Assembly: GCF_020745735.1 (NCBI RefSeq)
Contig: NC_083430.1
Coordinates: 26,402,909-26,466,908 of the forward strand
Direction of reading: 5' to 3'
Length of the DNA: 64,000 nucleotides
DNA from: Hemiscyllium ocellatum
Taxonomy: Eukaryota
Shown here piece by piece: positions 12,119 through 26,355 of the stretch. Every line of letters begins with the position of its first letter. Positions within the stretch are counted from its first letter, which is position 1. A model generated the notes under the pieces. That model did no database searches, was not told the origin of the DNA, and was given only the letters and a program-made list of their open reading frames with translations. The position numbers and the translations under genes were made by a program.

Positions 12119-13305
12119 ATGGCACCAAAGAAGAAAAGCACAAAGAAAAACAAGACAGAAAAGAATGAATTACCAAAACTAAGCATTGTTGAGGACACAA
12201 CCATTGACATCGATCAGTTGAACCACCTTAACACGCTCTATGATAGTGGATCAAATGGGTTTCGATGCACAGCCACAGAAGTCTCCAATCCTAATCATGG
12301 CAATATCCTTTTGGAGGAAATCAGCAGGATGCGCCAGGAGAGACTGTTCTCTGATCTTATACTATCCACTAAAAATAAATCCTTTGATGTCCATAAAGTG
12401 GTGATGGCTGCATGTAGTGATTATTTCCGTAACATGTTGAAAAAAGATCCTTCAATTCAATGTGTTGATGTTAATGACGTTTCACCTTTGGGTTTGACCA
12501 CTGTGATAACCTATGCCTACACAGGGAGACTCAGCTTGTCTCTTTATACCATTGGATGTACCATTGCCACTGCCACCCAGTTTCAAATGTGTACCTTGAT
12601 CAATTTGTGCACTGACTTCCTCATCCAAGAAATTAATGTGGAAAACTGCATGTACATCTCAAATATTGCTGGGACATATGGATTAAATCAGGTGAAAGAG
12701 TCAGCAAAGAAATTCATCCGAGAAAATTTCTTGGAGTTTTCAGAAAATGATCAGTTCATGAAACTGACATATGACCAAATAAGTGATTTGTTGATGGATG
12801 ACAGCCTGCAACTACCCTCTGAGCTCACTGCATTTCAAATTGCTATGAAATGGTTGCAATTTGATTCTAAAAGGGTGAAGCATGCAGCTGACCTGTTGAG
12901 TAATATCAGATTTGGTACCATTTCAGCTCATGATCTAGTCAGTTATGTTCAACCTATCCCATGCATGATGCAAGATCCAGATTGCCATCGACTCCTGGTT
13001 AATGCCATGAACTACCACCTCTTGCCTCATCAACAGAACTCAATGCAATCAAGAAGAACAAAGCTCAGGGGAGGACAGAAGGTTCTGCTAACCGTAGGTG
13101 GTCGACCAGCTTTGACTGAGAAGGCTTTGAGTAGAGATATTTTATACAGAGATCCTGAAAATGGATGGAACAAACTTGCAGAAATGCCGGCCAAAAGCTT
13201 CAATCAATGTGTAGTTGTGATGGATGGCTTTTTATATGTTGCTGGTGGTGAGGATCAGAATGATGCCAGAAACCAAGCTAAACATGCTGTCAGCAGTTTA
13301 AACAG
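12119..13305 (+). CDS. Kelch-like protein 31-like (probably klhl43 paralog), coding exon 1: BTB, BACK and first Kelch repeats
   Basis: MAPKKK start; BTB ([15 protein letters not shown]); BACK (VENC..); [23 protein letters not shown] as in KLHL31. Acceptor tttttag ends at 12092; donor AG|gtaac at 13306 (phase 2). Confidence 0.95.
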
Positions 13306-15188
13306 GTAACATACATTGATTGTTCTGTTCGATATGCTAAGTGTTTGATTATTTCAAACTCAGGATAAAAACAAAATCTGTGAACTATTTAAGGCTTTTC
13401 TTTCTTCCCAGGGACATGTTCTAGTTTTTAAAGTAAGAAACTTGCCCAATTTAATGCCTATAGTTTCCATGGGACATCCAAAAACCCTTCAACACCAATT
13501 ATACTTCTGAAGCATTGTCATTATTGTGATAGTGTACAATCAAATTCGCAGCAGAATTTATACACTGTAGAATTGATATTTAAAACTCAAATCAAAACTG
13601 GTTAATAAAGTCGCGGTAAGGCAACTTTAAAATCTATTAGAAGATTCTAAAAAGATGGCAGTATTAATACGCCCTGTTCTAAACTAACTAAAGATTATCC
13701 AGTTATTACTTTTTTACAATGCCTTACTCAAGATTTGTTCATTTGCAAGCGATGCCTTAATAACTTGTGTTTCCTTTAAATTTAGCATACCTTCACAGGC
13801 CTGATACCATTTCAGTACAGTTATGATGCTAAGTACATCAGACACTTGGTAGTGTCTATCACAATATATTGACATGGTATTTTAGATTTAAAGTATAATA
13901 AAGTTGGGGTGTACCTGTGCTTTTCATATCCCCAGTACATGCCAGAGAATTTTACTCCTAACTGAAACAAATACTAACCTTTTAGGTCTTTTCAGAATTT
14001 TTCAAAGGTTCCTAATTAATCCCAGAAATTTCCTGCTGTCCTTTTTGCAGTCAGCTGAACTGTTTTGCATTTGCAGAAACTGGACCCAATTAGTTTTTTC
14101 TTGGTTGTACTCAGGCGTTACTATAAGCTGAATTATTTTACAAAATTGTGAACTTTTAACCTAAAATTCAAATAGCTGTGGACCAGGGGAGGGGTGAAGA
14201 GCTCTCAGTTTTGGCTTTGACATTTGTAGTGGTTTTGACTGCAAAATTTAAGGAGATGGAAGCAACCATTTAGGAACAAATATAAATCTTAAATCTCTCT
14301 CTGGATGAAATATTTCATCAATTGAATTCCGCTCCTGGTTTGAGCACTTAAACTAGTTGTCTATTCCATTACAGGCTGAGGGAACAGATAGATGTAAAAG
14401 ATCCCCTGCCACTATTCAGAGAAGATAATTCTCTATGATATCATGGCCAACATTTATTGTCAATGAACATTTTTTTAAAAACAGAACTGATTATCACATT
14501 GCTGTTCCTTTTGTGCACAATTTAGTTGCTGCATTATTTATGGGAGTAAATTCACTTCAGGTTTGTTTAACTTTGGGATATCTTGAGATATTAAAGAAAC
14601 TATATAAAGCCAAGTACTTTTTCTCCAGAGACATGACAAAGCACAGAATAGTACAAGTTCCTTTACAGCCACTAAAAAATCTTTCATTTGAAATTCTTGC
14701 CTTGAGTACCATGTCTTCAAAAGCAACATTATTTTTCAATTAGAAACCTGAGTGAAGAGGCAACTCCCACAGTATGAAGTAACACTGAGGTTCTAAGGAG
14801 TGATAAAATAGGAAGAAAAATTTACATTTATACAGCACCCTCCATGATCTCAGTAGATGCCAAAGTGTTTTATGACCAATGAAGTACATCTGTGATGCAT
14901 AGTCACTGTTATAATGTAGGAAAGGAAACATGGAAGTTATTAAGTGGTAATTAGGTGTGTTAAAAAATTCCTTGATTTTCTGCTGTTGTCATATTTTGAC
15001 TAATAGATCAACTGCTATGATTAATCAATAATTCCACTTCATAATCTGACTTGTGGATGGTAGAATAGATGAATCTTCAGCTTTTCAACAAGCAATTCAT
15101 ATTAAATGACAAACCTATGAAATCATTTCCTTTATGTGATCTTTTCATATCTGAAAGGTATATTTTAAAAAATCATTGTGTTTTTCAG

Positions 15189-15921
15189 ATATGACCCTCG
15201 TTTCAACACATGGTTTCATTTAGCCAGCATGCTTCAGAGGCGAACCCATTTCAGTATGTGTGCTTACAATGGCTTGCTTTTTGCAATTGGTGGTCGGAAC
15301 TCAGATGGTCCTCTTTTGTCCATGGAATGTTACATCCCTTCCACTAACCAGTGGCAGATGAAGGCTCGGATGGATGTTGCCCGCTGCTGCCATGCTTCTG
15401 CTCTTAGCGATGGCAAGATCCTGATAACTGGTGGCTATATCAACAATGGTTACTCTCGTACAGTGTGCACTTATGATCCAACAACAGACACTTGGAAAGA
15501 CTATGCTAGTTTGAGTACACCCAGAGGTTGGCACTGTGCAGTCACTCTTGGTGATTATAGCTACGTGATGGGGGGCAGTCAGCTTGGGCCGCAAGGTGAG
15601 CGGGTTGATGTGATAACAGTTGAACGCTACAATGCTTATAATGGGCAATGGAGCTACGTAGCTCCTTTATCAATCGGTGTAAGTACAGCTGGTGTAACAA
15701 TCCTGAATGACAGAATTTATCTAGTTGGAGGTTGGAATGAAAGTGCAAAGAAGTACAAGAGCTGCATCCAGGTCTACAATCCAGATCTGAATGAATGGAC
15801 TGATGAGGATGAGCTACCAGAAGCCACGGTGGGTGTCTCTTGCTGCAGCATTATGTTGCCCAACAACAAACTTCGAGAGTCCAGAGCTAGTTCTGTGGCA
15901 TCTGCAGCAATCAGTATCTAA
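15189..15921 (+). CDS. Kelch-like protein 31-like, last coding exon (Kelch repeats)
   Basis: Acceptor tttttcag. AG+A rebuilds the Arg of R-YDPRFNTW. Ends ...[18 protein letters not shown]. Spliced CDS is 1920 nt = 639 aa. Confidence 0.95.
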
Positions 15922-16324
15922 TGAGCAGCATATCTAAAATTTTAAGAAACTCTTATACAACCAGATTTCAAATGTAAACCCCAGTATCACCACCCAGTTC
16001 TTTCATTCATAAAGGCCTTACCACACATTTTCCCTGACAATGTCTAGAAAAACTTGCATTATTGGTTTCATGGCAGAGTGGGCAGCAGCTGGTTAACTTT
16101 GTCTCATAGCATTTTCCAGATGGATATCTTTACAGATGCGTTCTACAAATATTTTTACAATTACCCCAAAATCTCTAAACTGGTGCACTGAATTTTGTTT
16201 TTACAAAAAAAATTTTGTCAAATGTTTCCATGAAGATAGTGCTTCTTATAAATGTCAATACAAGTGGCCAAGATACATCAATATTCTAATTCAACCAAAA
16301 AAACATTGTTCACTGGATGCAGTA

Positions 16325-16636
16325 TTAGATTCCCTACAGTGTGGAAACAGGCCCTTCGGCCCAACAAGTCCACACCGCCCCTCCGAAGAGTAATCCACCC
16401 AGATCCATTTCCCCCTGACTAAAGCATCTAACACTATGGGCAATTTAGCATGGCCAATTCACCTGACCTGCACATCTTTGGATTGTGGGAGGGCACCGGA
16501 GCACCTGGAGGAAACCCATGCAGACACAGGGAGAATATGCAAACTCCACACAGACATTTGCTAGAGGCTGGAATCGAACCTGGAACCCTGCTGCTGTGAG
16601 ACAGCAGTGCAAATCACTGAGCCACTGTGCTGCCGT
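16325..16636 (-). mobile_element. V-SINE (HE1-like) SINE, near full length
   Basis: tRNA-like head (ggcagcacagtggctcagtg..ggttcgattcc), V-domain gtgtggagtttgcatattctccc, CR1-type tail. Confidence 0.85.
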
Positions 16637-16729
16637 GATGGTCACTTTCTATCCATCATGTAATTGATTTTATTACGATCTGACATGCTCTGAAGAATGA
16701 AAACAGTTATATTTCTAGACTTCAGATTC

Positions 16730-16735
16730 AATAAA
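16730..16735 (+). terminator. Candidate proximal polyadenylation signal of the kelch gene
   Basis: First AATAAA noticed downstream of the stop codon at 15921. Confidence 0.35.
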
Positions 16736-18000
16736 GTTGCATCAACACTGACAAGTCTGAAAGAGGAACAAAATGAAGAATACCTTCATTAAAAACACCA
16801 ATTTTATTGCATTTCTCATTTGAAAAATAAGAAAAGGAATTTGTCAACTCTCTTCTCCTTTACTATCATGTCTTGAGATAAAGTGAATGTTGTACACAAA
16901 AGGTAAGGAAATGTTCTGTTGATTTAAGGGTGGCTGTGCCTCATCTAAAAGCTTCTTTAAGTGGTTTGCTAAACACTTGAAACAACTTCACCAAAAAACA
17001 ATCAAAAGCTTTTGAAGTACCACTTCTGTAATCATCTTGATTTGTTAATTCACCAAAGTAGGAAGTGGAAGTCCAACAAATTTAACAAATGAGTTGTCAC
17101 TTTTAACTTTGATTCTTATCAAGATTGCTTTAAAAAGACAAACATTGAAGTATCAACATTTTAGTGTTAGCTGTATGAAGGTAAAAGCAAAATTTTCAGA
17201 TTACTGCAGTGACCATGAGAGTAACAAGAGGGAGTGTTTGGATTATGAAAATACCTAGTGCCAAAAAAATTAGCAAAGTTGAAGAAGGTTGTAAGTAGAA
17301 ATTTGAGGTAGTGGCAATAATGGAATTTTGTAACTCTTGGTTTAAGGAAAACAGCAATCTGTAGTAGATAAACCTCAGATCTTGACTAAAATTTTGTAAT
17401 TAGAAATTTTCTTTTCACCTTTGTGAGGATTTGCGTCTTCATCTTCCACATTGTTTTAAAATTTTTTAAAAATCTGCTGTTTCAAATTGTTGTCAAAAAT
17501 CAAATCCAAGTTCTCTGGATTATAAACTAAAACAACTTATCAAATGAAAAAAGAAATAGATCTGCAAGTAAAACGATAGGACAAGCTGGAAGGGTCATAG
17601 ACCTGAGATTTAACTTCCCTTTATCTCTGGTTTATCACACTGCAAAAAGAATTGGGATGTAGTTCTGGAGGTTTATTCCATTGGCAAAATTAAAATGAAA
17701 TGTAGCAACTGGGCAATGCAGCAAGGTATAAAAGTAGTTTGGATAACAATGCACAAGAATAGAAAAGGAGGTGGAGAAGGACAAGAGGCAAATTAATACT
17801 TCTAACAGTCTTCCAGCTATAATATGTCTGCCCAAGACTGAGACAAATCACTAAGTCAGGCATTTGACTATTCAGCCCACATAAGTTTGTTCAAAGTAGT
17901 TGTTTAAACATCACACTTCAGACTACAGGGTCAAGTTAAATAGCTCACAGATAAACAATTAGACAGAGGGCCTAGCAATGTAGAGAAGGGGTATAAATTA

Positions 18001-18197
18001 TGACTTGGAGATGCCGGTGTTGGACTGGGGTGTACAAACTTAAAAATCACACAACACCAGGTTATAGTCCAACAGGTTTAATTGGAAGCACACTAGCTTT
18101 CGAAGCGCCACTCCTTCATCCTTCAACCACCTCATGGAGTGGCACTCCGAAAGATAGTGTGCTTTCAATTAAACCTGTTGGACTATAACCTGGAGTT
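18001..18197. mobile_element. Penelope-derived fold-back element with paired degenerate hammerhead motifs
   Basis: 12-bp TSD GGGTATAAATTA (17989-18000, 18198-18209). Inverted arms ccaggttatagtccaacaggtttaatt / aattaaacctgttggactataacctgg. Related copy at ~31585-31720. Confidence 0.75.
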
Positions 18198-19847
18198 GGG
18201 TATAAATTAGTAAGAGGCACTACTGGCATCATTCCAGTTGTCTTGAATCAGAAGTGGCATTAATATAAATGGTGGCCAGGGCTTGAGCAATGATTGACCT
18301 TCATCATCTTCCTAATGGTATAACAGCATGGAGAGAAACTTTAAATATGAAATTCTTTCAATGAAGCCCACTTTACACGAGACCTGATGACACAGCATGA
18401 AACAAAAAAAGATACAATATGTATGTTTACTCAAAACTTGGAACACAATTCAATTTCAAGTTTAATTAAAAAGGAAAGTACAATTTCCTAAATGGATCAG
18501 AAGCAGCCAGGAATGATCAAAATTGTGCTTCTATAGGTCTTAATAAAAGGTGAGAGACTTCACCAAAGGTGACAGTGAAAGCAATGGAATCTTGAGTAAT
18601 TTTAAATTTTTGCAGTTTAAATGTTTAAGCTAACGTAAAACAAATAGGAAATATTATGGGAAAAGTCAAAAATTGATTGCTTAATGGACAAAACTGTCTC
18701 CCAGCATTTTATGCCACTGTTTTAAAAAAAACTATCGGCCCAAAAAGCAAACAAGATATAAATATTTCAAAATAACCTTACATTATTTATAATGAACACA
18801 ATTGAAATAATAGGGATTACTGAATATCAGTATCATTGAAATTGTATCTGACTAATCAAGCAATCACTTCTCCCAACTGTGTAAATGTTCTATAAAGCAC
18901 AGAGTTTCCAAATGAATACACTGGAAAAATGCCCGCAGAACAGATTTATTTGGAATTAAACTGGGAAAATAGCCATACATGAGATATGGGTTGGTGGAAT
19001 GAGATGGTGAAGAATGTTGGAGAGCATTCCTCTTTACATCAACAACTTATAACATTCAGTTGCAAACGCAGTTCAACACAAAGTACAATTGAGTATTTTG
19101 AACTATCAGGAAATGGTCTAGATGAAATCATTGAACAAGCATTGAAAATAAACCAGAAAAGCAGTTCATTCAACATGACTCACAAGGGAATTGAAGGATT
19201 TCTTTTCAAGAAAAAATAAATTCTGCCGTAAACTTTATACTTGGAATACAGGAGGAATGATCACTCTCAGCAGCAAGAATTGAGACTGCTGATAAACATA
19301 ATGACTAATTTGCAATTAATCATTGCTACTATAGCTCACAGGAGAGAAGATATATATTGGATCCAGAAGTGAAAGACAACAAAATGGACTAATAAACACA
19401 AGTCAATGTAGCTGAGCCCTGAGAACTGATTTCTTAAATTTATGATGACTAGGTTACATATGAATCAAGATTCCCATGTAGCAGAATAACAGTGCTGAGA
19501 ATCTTTCTCTCCCAGGAATTCTCCAAAGGTTGAATGAAATTGTACAATGTATTCAGATCAAGTTTGCGTTTATTTAAACTTCACATACTCCAAGAAAGAG
19601 GGAAAGGGAGAGTGCGGGTGGAAGTGAGTTCAGGGGTGGGCAAGGGATGGGAAAAGGAGAGGGCAAGTTAATATTGTTCTTTGTAACACAGGCAGGCTGA
19701 TGGCTGAAGTTAATAGAAATGTTTGAATGCTAGAAGAAGTAGCAAAAACTGCTTTTCAAAGAAAATTGCATTCATCCAAAACAGAAATGTGTCAAATTCC
19801 TTGCATATTCACTGTCATGAAAATGTTTGAATTACTATTTATGTGTG

Positions 19848-19895
19848 AATAAAAATATATAAATAGTAAATATGGTGTATTTATTGTGTTGTCAC
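19848..19895 (+). terminator. Candidate distal polyadenylation site of the kelch gene
   Basis: AATAAA at 19848-19853 followed about 20 nt later by GU-rich tggtgtatttattgtgttgt. Confidence 0.4.
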
Positions 19896-21345
19896 TACCT
19901 TATAGTCATAATGTTTTACACTATGTTCTGAAAATAGTTATTCCACCAACACATTGAATTGAAAGCACTCTTTCTCATTCTCTGAATTTTTAGATGTAAA
20001 AATGAATCACAATGGTTACATAAAAATAACAAAAGAAAATGCTAGAAGCCTTTAGTAGATCAGGGAATATTTGTCAACAGCACAATGAAGATTTTTTGCC
20101 AGAAGACTTCCTTTGGAAGAAAATACTGATTTTTAAAAAAAATACAATGGGGAAATATAACAAAGGATCAGAAAAATAGGAATGATCTGTGAAGTGCTCA
20201 AATGAAAGACAGCAATGTGACAACAGTAGACATCATGAGTAAAGCAAATAAATTACAGACACAAGACCCAGAAGTGGAAACATGAACATCTGGCAAAGTA
20301 GGGCCAGTTCTCAGTAGAGCCGTTTGGTCTTGTAGAACTGAGTAACTCAGTAAAGGAGGGGATGGAAAACAAAAATCAGCTTAACATCAAGAATATAGAC
20401 TACCTGGACAAAGAGCAATCTGATTGCTCCATTCACATGTAAACCAACTTCTCATTCCCAGAAACAGCGATCCTTGGAGTGAAGACAAACCAACAAGGCA
20501 ATCTGCACCATTGGTATCCATCAGCTTTCTTTCTCCCCACATACTCTGTGTAGTATTTTTCTCCTTCCTCATTACCTTGTTCAGTTCCTTGAATGCTGAA
20601 CACCTTCAGTTAAGACAACTATCAGTGGGACATTACAATTAAACTTAGGGAAAGACCATCCAGTCCCAATCAACATATCATCTGGAGTCACAAGATCTAA
20701 CATTGGACTTGAGTACAATGCTCTTCTCTGCAGAACTGTTCATTGATAATAGGTGTTTCCTGGTAGTGAGTTCATGGTGAGTTCAGCTTTCCACCAGCAA
20801 TAGCGTAGACAGGAAATCACATTTACAAAACCCAAGATTCGCTGCTTACAATGGGTGAAACTTTGTTGAGGGTGCACAGGTGGAAGATTTAATTTATTCT
20901 TCAGGCCTACACCAGAAGCATTAGCATTTGATTGACATTATTGAACCATAACTTTGGGATTCTCAACACAAGGGAAAACTGAAATGATTAAAAAAAAAAA
21001 TTGTTAAATTTTAGGGCTGTTGAGAAAATTTGGATCAACAACAGGATGATTCACACCAAAGAGCTCTTATTGCATTCATGGAATTATGATTCTTGAGTTC
21101 ACAGATAGCTAGAGCACATATCAAATAGCAGCTTCAAGAGAAGGCTACATTCACTAAACAATTGTAAATTCATCACCAGACAGGAACTTTGTCAAATTAT
21201 AATAGAGTCAGAAAACAGGTAAACCAGCAGTACAACTGACAGTTATCTTTCTGCCTAATTCAAGTTACAATGATGAAGTAACTATCACTAAATGAAAACT
21301 GAATAAGGATCAGATTCTTGTATTAATGACAATTACAAAACATTT

Positions 21346-21375
21346 TTATTTTCCTGGGAGAATGATACCATCATA
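21346..21375 (-). CDS. RPL11: 60S ribosomal protein L11 (uL5), exon 6
   Basis: YDGIILPGK-TAA after acceptor tttttttccag. Confidence 0.97.
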   Translation of the reverse strand, partial: YDGIILPGK

Positions 21376-21489
21376 CTGGAAAAAAAAAGAAATGCAAATC
21401 GTTAGAAAGTGAAATGTCTTCAAACAAATTTCAGTTTGTATTTATTTTGACATTAAGATTAATTACTACCACCATGAAAACAAAAGTAC

Positions 21490-21600
21490 CTTCTGTTGGA
21501 ACCAGCGCATAGCCTCCTCCTTGTTGATCCTGTGTTTGGCTCCAATGCGACCACGTTTACGCTTTTTGTCAGCAATGCTGAAGCCTGGTCTTCCCAGAAC
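21490..21600 (-). CDS. RPL11: 60S ribosomal protein L11, exon 5
   Basis: [37 protein letters not shown], 111 nt, AG/GT flanked. Confidence 0.97.
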
Positions 21601-22088
21601 CTGTCAGAGGGAAAGAAGTCACAACAATGCAGGGGGTGGGCAAAGAAAAAGTTTTCATTCATAATGCTAACATTTTCAAACTTCTAGGTGATGAAAAGTC
21701 ATACAAACAGACTGGGGTTTACATAAACTAAAAAAAAAATCAATATCTTCAGATGGTAAATACAGAAATTAAGGAAACTCAAAGCTAGTGACACAACAGA
21801 TGTAAGTCTTTGCACATATTATGTTTCACTAAAGAGGGAAAATAGTCTTATGGTTGGAATAGGGGAGGGAATGAAAACACACAAGAAAGGATAGCAGAAA
21901 GAAAGAGGGAACTAAATAATCCAAATCATAAAATTTTCAAGATAGCTAGTAAAGTGAAGATCTGAGACCAATTAATTAAGCAAAATATGATAAACAGAAA
22001 GTCTTTGATCGACAATTCTCGAACAAAATTTGTCTGAAATCAATTACGTACACATTTTAGATCAAATAAAACAGAACAATTTGGGAGG

Positions 22089-22268
22089 GTGTGTGGCGCT
22101 GGAAAAGCACAGTAGGTCAGGCAGCATCCGAGGAGTAGGAGAAGCAACATTTCGGTCATAAGAAACATTGATTCTCCTGGTCCTCAGATGCTGCCTGACC
22201 TGCTGTGCTTTTCCAGTGCCACACTTTTCAACTTTGATCTCCAGCATCTGCAGTCCTCACTTTCTCTT
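22089..22268. mobile_element. Penelope-derived fold-back element in RPL11 intron 4
   Basis: Inverted arms ctggaaaagcacagtaggtcaggcagcatc / gatgctgcctgacctgctgtgcttttccag; imperfect TSD aatt(t/c)gggagg. Confidence 0.7.
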
Positions 22269-25200
22269 AATTCGGGAGGATGGAGTGGTTAACCCATTGG
22301 TTCGTTCAATAGTGAGAGGTTAAGCAACACAGCTACATTGATCTTTATCAATAGGAAGGATCTATGCTAAAGGTGCAAAAGCCCACTAGACTCACACAAA
22401 TTAAGAGGTTGAAGTTGCAAAGAGAGACACAGGGCAGAATCATCCCCTCTGTCATGAGTAAGCAATAGCAAGAAAGGTGAAGAAATAGGTGAGAATGAAA
22501 AAAACCCAATCTGAGTGTAGAGGAAAAACTGGTCCAATTTTCTCCTTAAACCTTGAACAGAGACTGCAGAGACTTACCATTAGTGGTGACTACCTTATTT
22601 CTATTTTTTTTTCATTTCATTAAAGCTCCAATTCACCTCATTTATTCATCAGATCCAGTTCTTACCTTTATCAAGAAATTATATGCGTAAATTTTAGGAC
22701 ATGTAAATTAGAGCAGGTTGTTATGGCTTGCTGACTGCTTGTCCCAGACATCACCCAACAGCTTCTTCAGAACAACGTCCCAGCACGCTCAATGGCCACC
22801 ATCCTCCACAACCTCTCATCCATGCAAGTTGGCATCAAACCACCAGCTTCACCAGGTATACATTTGGATCAACTCTCATACTACTTCAGTCCTTCAAATT
22901 TTGGAGTTCAAGGACACCAAAGAGTTGTGCATTCCTGCCAGGTAACTTTGTGCGCAGGGACACAAGCACGTATCATGCATCTACATAGGATGCATCTTAT
23001 GGCTCTTGGCTAGCTTCCTTAGCTCTCACTCACTTTGCATTTGGTTGGAGACTGCCAGTCTCTGGATACTTCACAGTGCTTTCTTAGCACACGAGTCTTC
23101 AGTGATCAGATACAAGCAGCCAATCTCTGTACCTTGCATCTTTCCTATAGCAGGAAGACCAGAATTGAGCTCAGTATTCTAAAAGTAGCCTCACCGATGC
23201 CCTGTACAGCCGCAACAAGACTTCACAAATCCTTTATTCTGTGCACGGACCAATGAAGACAAGCATATCAAATCCATTCTTCACCACTCAGAATTCTGTC
23301 ACACTTACCTGGGCAGAATGCAGAAAATCACTGACCTTTCTATGCTCCCCGGCACCTTTTTCACCTGGGATACTGATGCAATCTGCAATCTGTGCCCATG
23401 CTCGGCTACGTTTGATGGTGTGGCCTCCTGTGATTGTCGGATGGAAAAAAGGATTGCCTTTCTTTCATCACTCCATTCCCCATCACTTCTAGGATCTGGT
23501 CCAAGAAGCAGGGAGCAAGCTTTCCTGCCCACTGGCCATGACCTGAATGTAAATGCGTGAGCAGCACAATGTGAGGGGTCATTTCTAGCTCATAGCTGGA
23601 CTTCTGAGTAAACGCCAGAATGTCTCAGGTATCTGATAAAACGCTTACTATGGTTTTATTTGATGGAACATTCTCACTGCTATCTTTATTACGTATAGGA
23701 AAACAAATAATAAAGATCCATTGGTGATTTTAGTTTTAGATCAGTTCAGCAGAAAAATAATCAAGAATAAGGTTTCCATTTATGGAGAGCGGTTTCATCT
23801 GATCTGCAAGGTAGTTTGCAGATCTCCAGGTTATGAGAATTGGTAGAAGTGTCTTGGCTGTCAGAACTGAAAAGATATCCAGATCATCTGAACTGAAAGG
23901 AGGTTCAGGATATCAGAAGTGTAAAGAACTCTTAAAACAGTGTAAGTAGACCAAACAAAAACTGGAAAAAGTCAGAAAGTAAAGAGTTATGATAGAAGTA
24001 ATAATTCTCTACGAATGTGTAAAGGAAGGGAATATTGGTGGGAAAAAGGCTATAACTATTTCTTCTGTTTTTGTTACAATCTTGATAAATTGAGGTACAT
24101 TTGCATACATATAACCTTGTTTTTTTATATAAGAAACTTGGCAACCTCTTGTGAATATGTTCAGTGACTAACCACCATGTAGCATACTGCAAAAATAAGA
24201 CTTATGATCTATCAAGCCAGGTTTCATTCAGGGATCACACTTGTCCAGTATTACAATCAACTGCAATCATGACTTTTCTTCCTAATAGTTCAATCTTTTG
24301 TCTTGATAGTAATATTGAACTCATTTACTTTACACTTTCTTCTCAGTCCTTGTGGTGTCTATTTCTCAGTCTTTTAAACTGATTGGTTAAGGAGGTACAC
24401 AATAACTTACCCTGTTCATTCAGGTCACACATGACCTTTCTCCATTATGCCATTAGCAGCTTGCACCTTCAACAACCTGCCACCAAAATATTTAAAATCT
24501 AAACATATATTTGACAAATAGATGACTGGAGATGTTCTAGTCCCCACAAATTATGTTACAATCTATTTGAAAGCTGAGAGTCACCCATCAGTACCTAATG
24601 TATATAATTAATATGACACGTGATTTGAAAAAAAATTAACATAAACAGCAGACATAAAATTTCACTCCTTTTTTCCCTAGCAATATCGTTTTCAGATACA
24701 CAATCCCAGAGAGCTCTCAATTCTAGGTCAACTCTAATTTCACACCTTACTCACTTTTCCAGTTAACATTCTTGGACTGCTTAAATAGCACACTGTAACT
24801 CTAATCAGTATTAATATATTTTGAACAACAGCTTTTTCCATTCCACCATGAATGTTACCACCTTTGTTACATAAAAGTAAACACCATTAATAGAAGAGAA
24901 TCACCTAACATGCAATATATACTTTATCGCTATTATCTGCCTTTCAGATTTTCTCTTCACCCACTCCCACCCATGAAGGAATGGACACTTCAACTAGGTG
25001 CAGATCCGTAGAATGCAATCACTCTGTATCATAAGTCCAGTAGCCTTCCTTCTCATTTGGCTAAAAAGACAAGAAACATCACAATTTAAAACACCCTGTT
25101 TTCCTAAGACATATACTGTTTACTCTTTCAACCAGAATTACAAGAAATAGCAGCAGGAATCCTAGACTTTCAGGGGAAATTAATTCAGAAGTTTGTTTTG

Positions 25201-26160
25201 TGTCGAGTTAGCTTAAACCAGAAACAAGAAGTACACTATATTCCTTTCTATAACGACAGTAGGGAGTAACTTTTCTTAGAAAAACCTGCTTCCTATCACT
25301 ATATCGTGTTTACCCCTGGAAATTACAGCTCTTCCAGCACAGTCGGACTGTCCCTAGCTCTGGGCCAGGAGACCCACATTTGTGTCCCACATGTTCCAGA
25401 GATGTATAATAACATCTCTCAACAGGTTGATAAAAAAAAAATCTACCCCCCCCCGAGAAACTGCACATTTAATACGGAATCAAATCAGCTACCACAATGC
25501 CTTCAAAAGCCTGCAAACAATCAGACACAGTAGAAACAAGAATGGGCTGGGACAATATAGAAGATGTTTATCAGTGCTTACAGAACACAGAGTATCAGTT
25601 AGCACATTGGAGAAAAGAAAACTGCACTGGAATGCTGCTATGGAATTCTAGTTTTGAAGTGTCAATCATACTACAATCTCAATACATTACCACACAAGTG
25701 CAAAGGTCGACATAACAGTTTCATTTCAGAACTTGGGATCACATACAATTCATACAATTTGAGCATGAGTATCAGTGACTAAGAATAATGGTGTGTTAAA
25801 GGGTTGGGATAAATTAGTATGAATACAGGCTTCTTCCCACTATAAAGGGTTTGTGTATAATTAACGTAAAACTAGGACACTGCAACACCTAAATAACTAA
25901 CTAGCATGGATTAAGTATATACCTCAACCATTTTACAACAACAGAACGGCAGCCACTAGCAATGTATTATCAAAATTGGTTCCGTTGTTTAAAAAAATTG
26001 TTTGGGATATTTTTAAGTCAACTTATAGTTGTACTGAGAGACCTGGGAACAGATGGTTTTATTTATCAATGTGTGTGGAAAATAACTGGGGTCAGAAAAA
26101 TTTCCAACAAGGAGAAAAATGTTTTTGAGCAACATATTTAAATGTATATTCACCTCATTA

Positions 26161-26355
<195 letters not shown>

